A stretch of DNA of 64,000 nucleotides, from assembly GCA_963667015.2 (NCBI GenBank), contig CAXXJJ010000004.1, positions 2,816,001-2,880,000 on the forward strand, given 5' to 3'. Made by a program: the position numbers and the translations under genes. Shown one piece after another: positions 18,525-29,465 of the stretch (the first letter of the stretch is position 1; every line of letters starts with the position of its first letter). The notes under the pieces were generated by a model, which saw only the letters and a list, made by a program, of their open reading frames with translations, was not told the DNA's origin and did no database searches. This DNA is from Desulfatiglandales bacterium. GTDB lineage: Bacteria; Desulfobacterota; DSM-4660; Desulfatiglandales; HGW-15.

Positions 18525-20900
18525 GTGCCGGAGAAACAAGATTTAATGTCCAATGATCATAGAAAATCAGTTACTGATGATGCCGACACTACGAATGATT
18601 CGGCATTTTCAAAGGACAACATTAGAAAAAGCATAAGTCATGTTAATGATATCTTTGATGAAAGGTACAAAATTTTTCTTGAACAGGTTAGCGATGGGGT
18701 ATTTGAAACTGATATCTATGGCAACTTCATTTATTTCAACAAGGCCTTTTGTAATATCCTTGGCCATTCAGGATCCGATATAAAGGGACATGACTTCAGC
18801 AGATTCATGGACAATGAAAATGCAAGAAAGGCCTATGAGACATTTACAAACATATGGGTAACCCAGAATGAGACTTCAGATCTGCAATGGGAAATACTTG
18901 ACAGTGATGGCGAAACCAGGCTCATCGAATTATCAGCCTTTCTGATCAAGGATGAAAAGGGCACCAAAAAGGGATTCAGGGGAATTGCCAGGGATATCAC
19001 CCAGAAAATGCAGACGATAAATGCCCTTAAAAAATCCGAACTTCTCTATGAAAAGGAATCAAAGGCCAGCAGAAGGGCAGAGCTGATGGCAAGAAATCTG
19101 CTTGATTTCGTTCCCTACCCCATGATTGTTTCAGACCTCAATGCCAAGATAAGCTATTTGAACCCTGCCTTTACCCGTACATTCGGCTGGACACTGGATG
19201 AAATAAAGGGAGAACCAATTCCCTTTGTCCCGTCCCATCTGGCTGAAGAGGCAAAGATCAACAGGGAATACATGCTCAAGAAAAAACAGATGAGGCTTGA
19301 AACAAAGAGACTTACAAAGGACGGCAGGATACTTGACGTTATTATCAGGGGGTCTGTTTATACAGACGAAGAAAATGATAATGCCGGCGGAAAACTCTTT
19401 ATCATAAGGGATATTACACAGGAAAAAAAACTGGAACTGACAAATGCAACCCTTCACCGTATCAGTCTGGCACTTCCGGAATATCCGGTTCTTGAAGATC
19501 TGCTTGATTATATCAGCAGTGAAACAAAACGCCTATTAAACTCCGAAAGCGCTACGGTAGCCATTCTCGACGAATCAATGAACGAAATCTTTTTTGTGGG
19601 CGCGGCATATGATGATTCTGATGCAAAATACCGGATAAAAAAAGTGCGATTTCCGGCAGAAAACACCATTACAGGAAGGGCAATAAAAAATGGAAAGCCC
19701 GTGATCGTTCATGACTCATCAAAGGAGCCTGATTTCTATCCCGGGGTTGATGAACAGGCGGGCGTACAGACAAAAAATATGCTCTTTGTCCCGCTGCGAA
19801 GCCGTGACAGGATCATCGGAGTTCTGGCGGCAGTTAACAAAAAGGAAGGCACATTTGATGATACCGATGTCGAACTCATGAATATGATAGCAGGGACAGT
19901 TGCCCTCTCTGTTGAAAATGCGCGATATTCCGAACAGCTTAGAGAGGCATATCATGAAGTCACAATGTTGAACAGGGCAAAAGATAAGGCTATAAACCAT
20001 CTCTCACATGAAATAAAGACCCCTGTATCGGTTCTTCTGGCTACGCATAATATCCTTGCAAAAAGGCTGGAGCCTCTTCCGGCTGAAACCTGGGAAACAA
20101 CTCTTAGAAGGGCAAAACGAAATCTTGAACGGATACTTGATATCCAGTATGAAGTTGAGGATATCATGCGGAACAGCGATTTCAGGGGTTATCATATGCT
20201 TTCCACCCTTCTTGATGAATGCTCTGACGAACTCGAGGCTCTTGCCGCAGAAGAATTCGGCGAAGGAGATATAGTAAAAAAACTCAGGAACAAAATAGAC
20301 GTTGTCTTTGGGCCAAAAACATTTGACATAAGGAATATTGAACTCGCCTCTTTTGTAGACAGCAGCCTGAAACTGATGGAGCCCCATTTTACCCACAGAG
20401 ACCTGGAGATAATAAAATCCCTTGAGAAATCATCTGCGGTACATCTCCCGGAAGATGTCCTTGAAAAGGTTATTACCGGGATTCTTAAAAATGCAATAGA
20501 AAATACTCCTGACAAGGGGAAGATAGAAATAAGCATCAAACCCAAAAGCGGAGGCACTGAACTTACTGTAAAGGATTATGGTGTCGGGATACCGGATGAG
20601 TATCAGAGCCGTATTTTTGAAGGTTTTTTTTCTACCCAGGACACCATGAACTATTCATCAAAAAGACCTTATGATTTTAATGCAGGAGGTAAAGGAGCCG
20701 ACCTGTTACGGACCAAGATATTTTCTGAAAAATACAATTTCACTATAGATATGAAATCCACCAGATGTAAGTATATCCCTGAAGAAAATGATATCTGCTA
20801 TGGCAATATAGAGAGATGTGAATTCTGTCGTGAGAAAGAAGACTGCTACATTTCCGGCGGAACTGTTTTTACCCTGTTTTTTCTCGAGTCTTCTGACTAA
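18525..20900 (+). CDS. Cytoplasmic PAS-PAS-GAF histidine kinase
   Basis: Two PAS/PAC (RDITQ), GAF (NKKEGTFDDTD), H-box SHEIKTP, HATPase (NAIEN, DYGVGI) with a Cys-rich insert. Confidence 0.92.
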   Translation: MPEKQDLMSNDHRKSVTDDADTTNDSAFSKDNIRKSISHVNDIFDERYKIFLEQVSDGVFETDIYGNFIYFNKAFCNILGHSGSDIKGHDFSRFMDNENARKAYETFTNIWVTQNETSDLQWEILDSDGETRLIELSAFLIKDEKGTKKGFRGIARDITQKMQTINALKKSELLYEKESKASRRAELMARNLLDFVPYPMIVSDLNAKISYLNPAFTRTFGWTLDEIKGEPIPFVPSHLAEEAKINREYMLKKKQMRLETKRLTKDGRILDVIIRGSVYTDEENDNAGGKLFIIRDITQEKKLELTNATLHRISLALPEYPVLEDLLDYISSETKRLLNSESATVAILDESMNEIFFVGAAYDDSDAKYRIKKVRFPAENTITGRAIKNGKPVIVHDSSKEPDFYPGVDEQAGVQTKNMLFVPLRSRDRIIGVLAAVNKKEGTFDDTDVELMNMIAGTVALSVENARYSEQLREAYHEVTMLNRAKDKAINHLSHEIKTPVSVLLATHNILAKRLEPLPAETWETTLRRAKRNLERILDIQYEVEDIMRNSDFRGYHMLSTLLDECSDELEALAAEEFGEGDIVKKLRNKIDVVFGPKTFDIRNIELASFVDSSLKLMEPHFTHRDLEIIKSLEKSSAVHLPEDVLEKVITGILKNAIENTPDKGKIEISIKPKSGGTELTVKDYGVGIPDEYQSRIFEGFFSTQDTMNYSSKRPYDFNAGGKGADLLRTKIFSEKYNFTIDMKSTRCKYIPEENDICYGNIERCEFCREKEDCYISGGTVFTLFFLESSD

Positions 20901-21149
20901 ATAAATTAAACCATAAGGTTAGGACACAGGAGATTAGTAATACACCTCAAAACCCTTGAAGTTTCTATTTACCGGCCATCAGCGCATCATTGTATTTTAT
21001 TGTAATATTGACAATTTATTAAAAATTAGTTATCTGAGAGTATCATAACAGAACAAAGAAAAGCTTATAAATATACTAAAAAAAACCTTTTACTGGTTTT
21101 CCGGTTAATCAACATAAAATTATCGATACAGGCCAATCGGGGGCAATGA

Positions 21150-22037
21150 ATGATTATCAATTGTGAAAAATGTGACTCAAAATTCAACCTTGATGAAACC
21201 CTCCTGAATGAAAATGGTTCCAGAGTAAGGTGTTCAGTCTGTAAAAATATTTTTTTAGTTATGCCTCCCAAACCCGAAGAAGAGGATGATTTAGACCCGT
21301 CACTCGAGGAGACTGTTGATCTGGATTCCCCGCCGGCTTTTGAAGAATCTGATGAATTAAACATGGATGAAGCCGACACAGACGAAAATTTCGATAAGGC
21401 CTTTGAAGATGCATTAAATGAAGATATGCAGCAGGAGGAGATTGAGGAAGAAGAGACAGCAAAACTGGAACCTGAAATCGAAAAGGTTAAGAGAAAAAAC
21501 AGGCGACCAGGCTTGATACTTTCTATAATTATTGCTGCTTTTGTACTCATATTAGGAGCTCTTTCTGTTTATCTTTTTGCTCCCGGCTTCCTGCCTGACG
21601 GCCCATCCGGAACAAAATCCGCTGAAAAGGAAGATCTGACTGATACCGGTAACCGAAGACTTGATATTATCGATCTTGAAGGCAATTTTTTTCCTACCGA
21701 TAAAATAGGACAGCTTTATATAATAAAAGGAAAAATAATTAATAATTATCCCCAAAGTAGAAGTCATATTCTGGTCAAGGGGACCATAGAAGACGAAAAA
21801 AGAAATCCCATTGACCGCAAACTCACCTATGCCGGCAACATATTCACTGAGAATGAATTGAAGGATATAACCATTGAGGAAATTGAGAAAAAATTAAAGA
21901 ACAAATCAGGGAAAAATAATTCCAATATTGATGTAGCCTCGCAGGAGTCCGTTCCCTTTATGATTATTTTTTACAATCTTCCTGATTCAATAAGTGAATA
22001 CGTTGTGGAGACAGTAAGTTCATCACCCGGACAATAA
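21150..22037 (+). CDS. MJ0042-type zinc-finger / DUF3426-like membrane protein
   Basis: CEKC...VRCSVC, acidic linker, one TM helix, C-terminal PFMIIF domain. Confidence 0.85.
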   Translation: MIINCEKCDSKFNLDETLLNENGSRVRCSVCKNIFLVMPPKPEEEDDLDPSLEETVDLDSPPAFEESDELNMDEADTDENFDKAFEDALNEDMQQEEIEEEETAKLEPEIEKVKRKNRRPGLILSIIIAAFVLILGALSVYLFAPGFLPDGPSGTKSAEKEDLTDTGNRRLDIIDLEGNFFPTDKIGQLYIIKGKIINNYPQSRSHILVKGTIEDEKRNPIDRKLTYAGNIFTENELKDITIEEIEKKLKNKSGKNNSNIDVASQESVPFMIIFYNLPDSISEYVVETVSSSPGQ

Positions 22038-22100
22038 CCAGTATCATGATTTTCCATTAATTAATGCCGGTTCGTACACAGTGTTTTTAAAAGAGGCGAA

Positions 22101-23126
22101 ATGATAGGCATTGATACCAAAAATACTGCCAGTAAAGCCTATAAAATCTTCAAAGGATTTATAATACTTGCCTTTATTGTTACCTTTGGTTCAATTGGCT
22201 ACATGACAATCGAAGGCTGGGGGGCTTTCCAGAGCCTTTACATGACTGTTATTACAATCACCACAGTGGGATATAGAGAGATGGGGAACCTGTCGGTAGC
22301 AGGCATGGCATTTACAATAATCCTTATCTTTCTGGGGATGGGGATTATTCTATATATCGTGGGACTTGTAACCCAGGTAATGGTAGAACTGCAATTAAGC
22401 TCCATTATAGGGAGGAAGACGTTGGATCAACAAATCAAAAAAATCAAGGATCATTATATTGTCTGCGGATTCGGCAGGATCGGCAAGGTAATATGCAAGG
22501 AACTGAAATCAAAAAATATCCCTGTCCTGGTTATTGACAATACTCCTGAAGCAAAAGAATCACTCGATGCTGAATCCGTTCCATATATTATTGACGATGC
22601 AACCAGCGAAGATGTGCTGCTTGATGCAGGCATCGGGAGGGCAAGAGGGTTGATATCGGTTGTTGCATCAGATGCTGACAATTTATTTATCACATTGACT
22701 GCAAGGGGCCTGAATAATTCGGCCTTCATTATTGCCCGCGCGGATGAAGAAAAATCCGAAAAAAAACTTATGAGGGCCGGAGCTGACAAAGTATTTCTGC
22801 CATATATAATAGGCGGCCATAAGATGGCTCAATCCATTACAAAGCCCGCAGTGACCGATTTTCTTGAATTCACCGTCCATAACAGAGACATGGGACTGGA
22901 AATGGAGCAGTTGAATGTCAGTAAGGATTCAAGGCTTAACGGCCTGAAACTGATGGAATCAGGAATCAGACAGGAGATGGATATTATTATTGTTGCCATA
23001 AGAAAAAAGACCGGACATATGGCCTTTAACCCCTCCTCTGAAACCCGTATAGAGGCGGGGGATACACTGATTGCCCTTGGTAAGAATGATGATCTGATAA
23101 AACTCGGAAAAATACTTGCAGAGTAG
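22101..23126 (+). CDS. Potassium channel protein with TrkA-N/RCK-C domains
   Basis: Filter-like TITTVGY, CGFGRIG, C-terminal RCK-C. Confidence 0.92.
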   Translation: MIGIDTKNTASKAYKIFKGFIILAFIVTFGSIGYMTIEGWGAFQSLYMTVITITTVGYREMGNLSVAGMAFTIILIFLGMGIILYIVGLVTQVMVELQLSSIIGRKTLDQQIKKIKDHYIVCGFGRIGKVICKELKSKNIPVLVIDNTPEAKESLDAESVPYIIDDATSEDVLLDAGIGRARGLISVVASDADNLFITLTARGLNNSAFIIARADEEKSEKKLMRAGADKVFLPYIIGGHKMAQSITKPAVTDFLEFTVHNRDMGLEMEQLNVSKDSRLNGLKLMESGIRQEMDIIIVAIRKKTGHMAFNPSSETRIEAGDTLIALGKNDDLIKLGKILAE

Positions 23127-23374
23127 TAACCTTTTTTCATGCACTTCATTAAATGAATAAAGCGGGATACTACTGGTAAAAATGTTAGTAAATTATTTAA
23201 TTTGATCAGATTGATGCGGGGGGCCTGATACTGGATTACCGGAAAATCAGGAATAAATATAAAATACAATCCTAATCCATCCGGTATCCATTAAACAGTA
23301 TCAAGTATCAGCCTATAACCAATATGATCTATAAAGATTTTAAAAGATAAAGAGGGCTCGCTCAGGGCAAACCT

Positions 23375-24685
23375 CTAAAATCTATACTGCACACCAGCTG
23401 AAATCATTTTTACATCTTTATCAAGGGCAATGGCTATTGACGAGCCTGATGATACATCAGTATATGAGTCCTGCTCATATGAAACATACCCCAGACCAAA
23501 ATCCAACTTCAGGGCTTCATTATAATTGTATACAATTCCCAGGCCTAAAGTCTTGGCATTGAGTTCCGGAGCTTCTTTAAGTGCATACCGGGCACTCATA
23601 CCTGTCTGGGTCGTAAGATACCCTAAGGTTCCCTTCAAATTATCTCTAAACGCATATTCCAGTGTAAAATTAAAATCATGACCGTCATTAACGTTCCGCT
23701 CAGCACCGCCCCAGTCTGCACGATTCTGAAAATAATAGATCATGCCGGCATCAACCCTTAACCTGGGAGAGACGGTTATGCCAAGCCCAAGAGAAAACAG
23801 TGCTGGAAGATTTCTTGTATGCTCTGTGCCGTCAGTTATCCCCTGCTGCAACAGCAGGCCGTAGGGCAATCCTGTTATGGAGTCTTCATTCACTCTGTAT
23901 TTAAAATCGAGATCCGTTTCTGTCTCATATTTCATGCCGACATAAAGAGGACCGGAATCTATGCTCAAACCTAATATAAACCCAAAACCATCCGCACTGT
24001 CTTCATAATCCATCAGAGCAGTTCTTGAAGACTGTTCGACAGCAATTCCCAGTTCTGTTGGAAGCACCTGGAAGGTTGCTATGCCCTTTTTATTTGCATC
24101 GATATATCTTCCTGCCAGTGAAACAGATACAACATCATTGATTTTGTAGGCACCTCCTGCGGTGAAACCGTAATAAAAGGCTTCAGCGTTAAGCCTCTCA
24201 TTTGCTATTTCCCCGTATACTGCAGCTCCAGCCGTCTTATTAAGGAGATTCCTCAATGTGGTAGCACCAATTCTTGTTGTAGCATTTCCATTATCATAGT
24301 CCACCTCTCCGCCGCCGGCCGGAATTGTGAATGAAAAAAAACCTGCCCATCTGTCTTTTTTATAAAGTGCAAACAGGGCCGGTACAAAGGAAGGTGTATC
24401 CTGTTCCAGATTTTCACCGTCAACAATATTGGTATAGTCCTTCAGTACATAATGGACCGAAAGGTTTCCCTGCAGACCATCCTCCATTTTCATGACACCA
24501 GCGGGATTATATGCAATAGCATCGAGTGAATCAGTTGCAGCATTTCTTCCAAGAGATCTCACATATTCACCGCTGTAGTTACTCCTGTTATCTACACCTC
24601 CCGCCATAAGGACCGAGCATGAAATAAAAATTACACAGGTCATGCACAAAAATACAAAAAGTTTTTTCATGTTTTTACCTCCCAT
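23375..24685 (-). CDS. FadL/OmpP1-type outer-membrane transporter
   Basis: Signal peptide, RNAATD..DAIAYNPAG, C-terminal GVQYRF. Confidence 0.85.
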   Translation of the reverse strand: MGGKNMKKLFVFLCMTCVIFISCSVLMAGGVDNRSNYSGEYVRSLGRNAATDSLDAIAYNPAGVMKMEDGLQGNLSVHYVLKDYTNIVDGENLEQDTPSFVPALFALYKKDRWAGFFSFTIPAGGGEVDYDNGNATTRIGATTLRNLLNKTAGAAVYGEIANERLNAEAFYYGFTAGGAYKINDVVSVSLAGRYIDANKKGIATFQVLPTELGIAVEQSSRTALMDYEDSADGFGFILGLSIDSGPLYVGMKYETETDLDFKYRVNEDSITGLPYGLLLQQGITDGTEHTRNLPALFSLGLGITVSPRLRVDAGMIYYFQNRADWGGAERNVNDGHDFNFTLEYAFRDNLKGTLGYLTTQTGMSARYALKEAPELNAKTLGLGIVYNYNEALKLDFGLGYVSYEQDSYTDVSSGSSIAIALDKDVKMISAGVQYRF

Positions 24686-24920
24686 CAGGTATTAATAATG
24701 ACTACAGGAAAAATTAAAAAAATAAAGAAGCTGCAAATACTATGAAGAGACTGATATTGAAAAAAGTCTGTAGAGTTTATGAGTAAACATGTTTATGTGT
24801 CAAGAAAAAAGACCTTTTATGAAGATATAGTCTATTCACCTTAAACCAATGTTTTTAAGTTGATCGTGTATTTATTTTTTTCTTTAAATCATGGAAATAA
24901 TAGGATAACGTGCCCCTATT

Positions 24921-25709
24921 ATGATAGAAGATTCCATAAAAATATTATCCAACAACAGTGTTACATCCGACACCTTTCTCCTCAGGCTTTATTCACCGGA
25001 ACTTGCCGCAAGTGCAAATCCTGGCCAGTTTCTGATGGTGAGGGTAAATGAAGGTATTGATCCTGTCCTGCGGCGCCCTTTTTCCATTTGCGGAGCAGAG
25101 GATGACGGCACCATCAAAATACTGTACAAAGTTGTCGGCAAGGGTACGGCAATCTTGTCAAACAGGAAAGAAGGAGACCTTCTTTCTGTCCTTGGCCCGC
25201 TTGGAAAGGGATTCAATATATCTGATGAATCCAAAAAGTCATTCTATGTAGCAGGCGGAATCGGTATTGCACCCATGCTCTTCCTCTGCCAGAAAACAGA
25301 CTCATCGAATATTACTTTTTTGACCGGCTTCAGGAATTCAGATGAAATTATCGACCCGGCTCTAACAGGAAATAAAATACACAATCTGATAGCAACAGAT
25401 GACGGATCCAAAGGATACAACGGACGGGTAACTGAACTCCTTGTTGAACATCTTGAACAGTACAAACAGAACGATACAGCCATTTATGCCTGCGGCCCTC
25501 TTCCAATGCTGAAGGCCGTTAAAGATGTCTCCCAAAAATACGGGATACCTTGCCAGGTATCCATGGAAACCCTTATGGCATGCGGACTTGGGGCATGCCA
25601 GGGATGTGTTGTCCGATCAGATATTACCAGGACCAATACATCCTATCTGCATGTATGCAAAGAGGGGCCGGTGTTTGACATTAACGATATCGACTGGAAA
25701 AATATATGA
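24921..25709 (+). CDS. pyrK: Dihydroorotate dehydrogenase electron transfer subunit
   Basis: [28 protein letters not shown]...VCKEGPVF. Confidence 0.95.
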   Translation: MIEDSIKILSNNSVTSDTFLLRLYSPELAASANPGQFLMVRVNEGIDPVLRRPFSICGAEDDGTIKILYKVVGKGTAILSNRKEGDLLSVLGPLGKGFNISDESKKSFYVAGGIGIAPMLFLCQKTDSSNITFLTGFRNSDEIIDPALTGNKIHNLIATDDGSKGYNGRVTELLVEHLEQYKQNDTAIYACGPLPMLKAVKDVSQKYGIPCQVSMETLMACGLGACQGCVVRSDITRTNTSYLHVCKEGPVFDINDIDWKNI

Positions 25710-26632
25710 GCATCAGCCCTGATATCTCAATAAAGCTTTTCGGCCTTGAAATAAAAAATCCGGTAATGACCGCATCAGGAACCTTCGGTTACGGCAGCGA
25801 ATTTGACTCATTAATAGATCTCAATCAATTGGGTGCCATTGTTGTCAAGGGTATTTCACTAAAGCCCATGCCCGGAAATCCACCACCGAGGATAGTTGAA
25901 ACACCGGCAGGCATGCTCAATGCCATTGGCCTGGCCAATATAGGAATAGAGAAATTCCTGACCGATAAACTCCCGTGGCTTAAAACTCTGGATACCAAAA
26001 TCATAGTTAATATTTACGGACACAGTATTGATGAATACGGTGAACTTGCAAACGCCTTCAAGAATGTCGATGGAGTATCTGCTCTTGAGGTAAATATTTC
26101 ATGCCCCAATGTTGATAAAGGCGGACTCGTCTTTGGCAAAGATCCTGACATGTCTGCAAGGGTGACCGAAGCCGTTGTTAAAAATACAAACAAACCTGTT
26201 ATTGTCAAGCTGACACCAAACGTGTCCGACATCACCACGCTTGCCACTGCTGTGGAGCAGGCAGGAGCTCACTGTCTTTCCCTTATAAACACGTTGACAG
26301 GCATGGCTATTGACATTGAAACCGGAAGACCCAGACTAGGCAACATATCAGGAGGATTGTCCGGGCCAGCCATAAAACCCGTTGCCCTGCACATGGTCTA
26401 CCAGGTCGCAAAAGCTGTTAAGATACCCATCATCGGGATAGGCGGAATATTAAATGCCAGCGACGCACTGGAATTTTTTATAGCAGGGGCAAGTGCCGTA
26501 CAGGTGGGAACTGCAAATTTTATCAACCCTGGAGCAACTCTGGAAATTATAGATGGAATAAAGAGTTACTGCGAAAGGAAAAATTTAAAGAACATTAAGG
26601 AAATTATTGGCAGCATTAACCTGAACAGGTAA
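25706..26632 (+). CDS. pyrD: Dihydroorotate dehydrogenase (class 1B) catalytic subunit
   Basis: [31 protein letters not shown]. Confidence 0.97.
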   Translation: MSISPDISIKLFGLEIKNPVMTASGTFGYGSEFDSLIDLNQLGAIVVKGISLKPMPGNPPPRIVETPAGMLNAIGLANIGIEKFLTDKLPWLKTLDTKIIVNIYGHSIDEYGELANAFKNVDGVSALEVNISCPNVDKGGLVFGKDPDMSARVTEAVVKNTNKPVIVKLTPNVSDITTLATAVEQAGAHCLSLINTLTGMAIDIETGRPRLGNISGGLSGPAIKPVALHMVYQVAKAVKIPIIGIGGILNASDALEFFIAGASAVQVGTANFINPGATLEIIDGIKSYCERKNLKNIKEIIGSINLNR

Positions 26633-26643
26633 AGGGGAGATGA

Positions 26644-28401
26644 ATGACTTGTACTTCTTCGACAGAAAAAGTCTGGTATAAACACTGGCCGTATGAGGTG
26701 GCTAAAAACCTGGATTATCCCGATTCAACACTTGCTGAAATACTTGAAGAGTCCGCCCGAAAAAACAGCGGCAAAACGGCCATAGTTTTTCTTGATACAA
26801 CAATGAACTATGGTGATTTGTGGGACAGGGTCAAAAGAACAGCAAAGGGGCTTTCTGACCTTGGACTAAAAAAAGGTGATGCATGTGCCCTGATACTTCC
26901 CAACTCCTATCAATATGTTATCTCATTTTATGCATGCCAGCTGCTGGGGGTAGTTGTAACAACAATTAATCCCACCTACAAATCCCTTGAGGTATCTTAT
27001 CAACTCAGGGACTCCAATTCAAAAGCCGTTATTGTTCTTGATTCTATCTATAAAGAAGTTGCAAAAGGGATAAAGGATGCGAATGTAAAGACAATTATTG
27101 GAACCAACATAGTCGATTTGTGCGGCTTTTCTAAAATAAAAATATTTCTCGGCAAACTTCTTAAAAAAATACCTGAAGGGAAACTGCCGCCTGATGCAAT
27201 AAAATTTACGGATCTGTTAAAATCGCCCCCAACACCTCCTGATGTTAAGATTAGTGCTGACGATACTGCGGCACTTCAATATACAGGGGGAACAACAGGC
27301 CTTCCAAAAGGAGCAATGCTTACACATAAAAACCTTGTAGCCAACGCAGCCCAGTGTGATGCCTGGCTGTGGAAAAGAGAGGAAACAACAGGTATCATTG
27401 GTGTTCTCCCGCTGTTTCATGCATTTGCAATGACTGTTGTAATGAACCTTTCGATAAGACTGGGAGGCTTTCAGTTACTGTTTCCAAGGCCACCTGCGGA
27501 TATGACGGATCTATTTAAGGCAATCGAAAAATACTCAAGCAATGCAGGTCTCATAATGCCTGGAGTTGCAATACTTTTTAATAAAATCAATAATCATCCA
27601 AGGGTCAGAGACTACGATCTAAGTAAGATGAAGATGTCTGTTTCAGGTGCCGGCCCACTGCCCGTGGAAGTACAGAACAGGTTTGAAGAAATCACAAAGT
27701 CGATTATAGTTGAAGGTTATGGACTGAGTGAGGCATCCCCCGTAACCCATGCAAACCCTATTCATGGGAACCGCAAGCTGGGGACCATCGGCCTGCCCTT
27801 CCCTGACACTGAAATAAAAATAATGGACAGAGAAACAGGGGAAAAGGAATTGCCCCATTTACCCTTTCCAGTCGCGACTGCAGGAGGCCTGACAAAAGAG
27901 CAGCTGGAAGAGGTAGAAAAATATACAGGAGAGCTTGTCATTAAAGGCCCCCAGGTAATGAAAGGATACCTGAACAAACCAGAAGAAACATCAAATGCTT
28001 TGCGTGACGGTTGGTTATATACCGGTGATATCGCCTGTATCGATTGCGAAGGTTATACAGTAATACGTGACCGTGTTAAAGACATGATAAAGGGAAAGGG
28101 TTATGCAATCTTTCCTGCTGAGGTGGAAGGTTTTCTGCACAAGCATCCTGCGATTCAGAATGTCGCAGTAATAGGGGTGCCGGATAAGGAGCGGGGAGAG
28201 GCGGTCAAGGCATTTATTGTTCTTGATCCGAAAAAAAAGGGAAAGGTTACTGCAGAAGATATTCAGAAATGGGCAAAGGATAAAATGGCAAAATACAAGA
28301 TACCTTCTGAGATTGAGTTCAGGGATGATCTTCCCACGACTATGGTTGGAAAGGTACTGAGACGCGTGCTCAAGGAAGAGGAAAGAAAAAAGCGGCAATA
28401 A
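26644..28401 (+). CDS. Long-chain fatty acid-CoA ligase
   Basis: QYTGGTTGLPKGAML, EGYGLSE, TGD, GKVLRR. Confidence 0.92.
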   Translation: MTCTSSTEKVWYKHWPYEVAKNLDYPDSTLAEILEESARKNSGKTAIVFLDTTMNYGDLWDRVKRTAKGLSDLGLKKGDACALILPNSYQYVISFYACQLLGVVVTTINPTYKSLEVSYQLRDSNSKAVIVLDSIYKEVAKGIKDANVKTIIGTNIVDLCGFSKIKIFLGKLLKKIPEGKLPPDAIKFTDLLKSPPTPPDVKISADDTAALQYTGGTTGLPKGAMLTHKNLVANAAQCDAWLWKREETTGIIGVLPLFHAFAMTVVMNLSIRLGGFQLLFPRPPADMTDLFKAIEKYSSNAGLIMPGVAILFNKINNHPRVRDYDLSKMKMSVSGAGPLPVEVQNRFEEITKSIIVEGYGLSEASPVTHANPIHGNRKLGTIGLPFPDTEIKIMDRETGEKELPHLPFPVATAGGLTKEQLEEVEKYTGELVIKGPQVMKGYLNKPEETSNALRDGWLYTGDIACIDCEGYTVIRDRVKDMIKGKGYAIFPAEVEGFLHKHPAIQNVAVIGVPDKERGEAVKAFIVLDPKKKGKVTAEDIQKWAKDKMAKYKIPSEIEFRDDLPTTMVGKVLRRVLKEEERKKRQ

Positions 28402-28779
28402 TTATTTCTGTTTATCCATGTTATCAATAATCTTTTTAAAATAAATCTGATCCTGATCCAGCAATGGGGATGAATACCCCATCATGTTCAGCCTGGTTAT
28501 CTTAAGGTTTATGCGTTTGATCTGCCTGTATTTTTCCTCTTCATCAGGAATGCCTGAGAGTAAATCCGTCATATGCCTGATCTCCTTCCTGAGTTCAAGC
28601 TCCGGGGGAAGACAGTTTGCATTTTTCAACACCTTGTGTGACAGGCGAAGGTCCTCGGGGATACGGCTTTCATCCTCAAGGTCAAGCGGCTCTCCCTTCC
28701 CTGGCAGATTGTCAAACTCGCCCCTCTCCTGCGCTTCCTTTATTTTTTCCTCAATTATTTTCTGATAACCGTATAACAT
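28402..28779 (-). CDS. DUF1992 domain protein
   Basis: EEKIKEAQERGEFDNLPGKGEPL...KVLKNANCLPPELEL. Confidence 0.9.
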   Translation of the reverse strand: MLYGYQKIIEEKIKEAQERGEFDNLPGKGEPLDLEDESRIPEDLRLSHKVLKNANCLPPELELRKEIRHMTDLLSGIPDEEEKYRQIKRINLKITRLNMMGYSSPLLDQDQIYFKKIIDNMDKQK

Positions 28780-28930
28780 TCAAAATCTCTCATAATATAT
28801 ATTCGGGATTTTATATCATTTCATAAATGATTTCCAGCAGCATTTTTCCCGGTTTTCAGAGGGGCGATCTTTCTTGACATTAGTTAAAATATCTGAAAAT
28901 TTCATTTAAAAAATCACGGGACGGTAACTC

Positions 28931-29395
28931 ATGGTAGATGAGCTTGATAAAAAGATAATAAGTCTTCTTCAAAAGGATATCCCTGTTGATCCGCAGCCGT
29001 ATAAAATCATTGCCGATCAGCTCGGGGTTGAAGAAGATGAAGTTTTAAATAAAATAGAGGCTATGGTCAAAAAGGGAGTTATCAGGCGTTTTGGTGCGAC
29101 CCTCTATCACCAGGAAGCCGGTTTCAGTGCCAACGCAATGGTGGCATGGGTCATCCCGGAAGAAAAAGTGGATGAAATTGGACGTGTAATGGCCGGATTC
29201 AGGGAGGTCACTCACTGCTATCACAGAAGACCTCAAAAGGACTGGAAATACAGTCTTTATACCATGATACATGGTGATACCAGAGAAGAATGCTACGATA
29301 TAGCAAAAAAGATGTCAGAAAAAACCGGAATGAATGAATATTCACTGCTCTTCAGTGAAAAAGAATTCAAGAAAACAAGTATGGAATATTTTTAA
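28931..29395 (+). CDS. ahbB: Siroheme decarboxylase subunit (AhbB/NirDL-like, Lrp/AsnC fold)
   Basis: GVIRRFGA, NAMVAW, VTHCY.R, YTMIHG, KEFKKTSMEYF; adjacent to hemL. Confidence 0.85.
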   Translation: MVDELDKKIISLLQKDIPVDPQPYKIIADQLGVEEDEVLNKIEAMVKKGVIRRFGATLYHQEAGFSANAMVAWVIPEEKVDEIGRVMAGFREVTHCYHRRPQKDWKYSLYTMIHGDTREECYDIAKKMSEKTGMNEYSLLFSEKEFKKTSMEYF

Positions 29396-29404
29396 CAAAA
29401 ACGG

Positions 29405-29450
29405 GGATTATCCGCTGTCGTTTGAAGCGACAGCGGATAATCCAGTTTTT
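29405..29450 (+). terminator. Strong hairpin with T-rich tail between ahbB and hemL
   Basis: 16-bp perfect stem ggattatccgctgtcg / cgacagcggataatcc followed by agtttttt. Confidence 0.6.
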
Positions 29451-29465
29451 TATTGGAGCGAGCAT

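Noticed and set aside
29334..29465. N-terminal extension of hemL in the ORF track
   Set aside because: It overlaps ahbB and the hairpin; ATG 29466 has an RBS and matches the usual HemL start.
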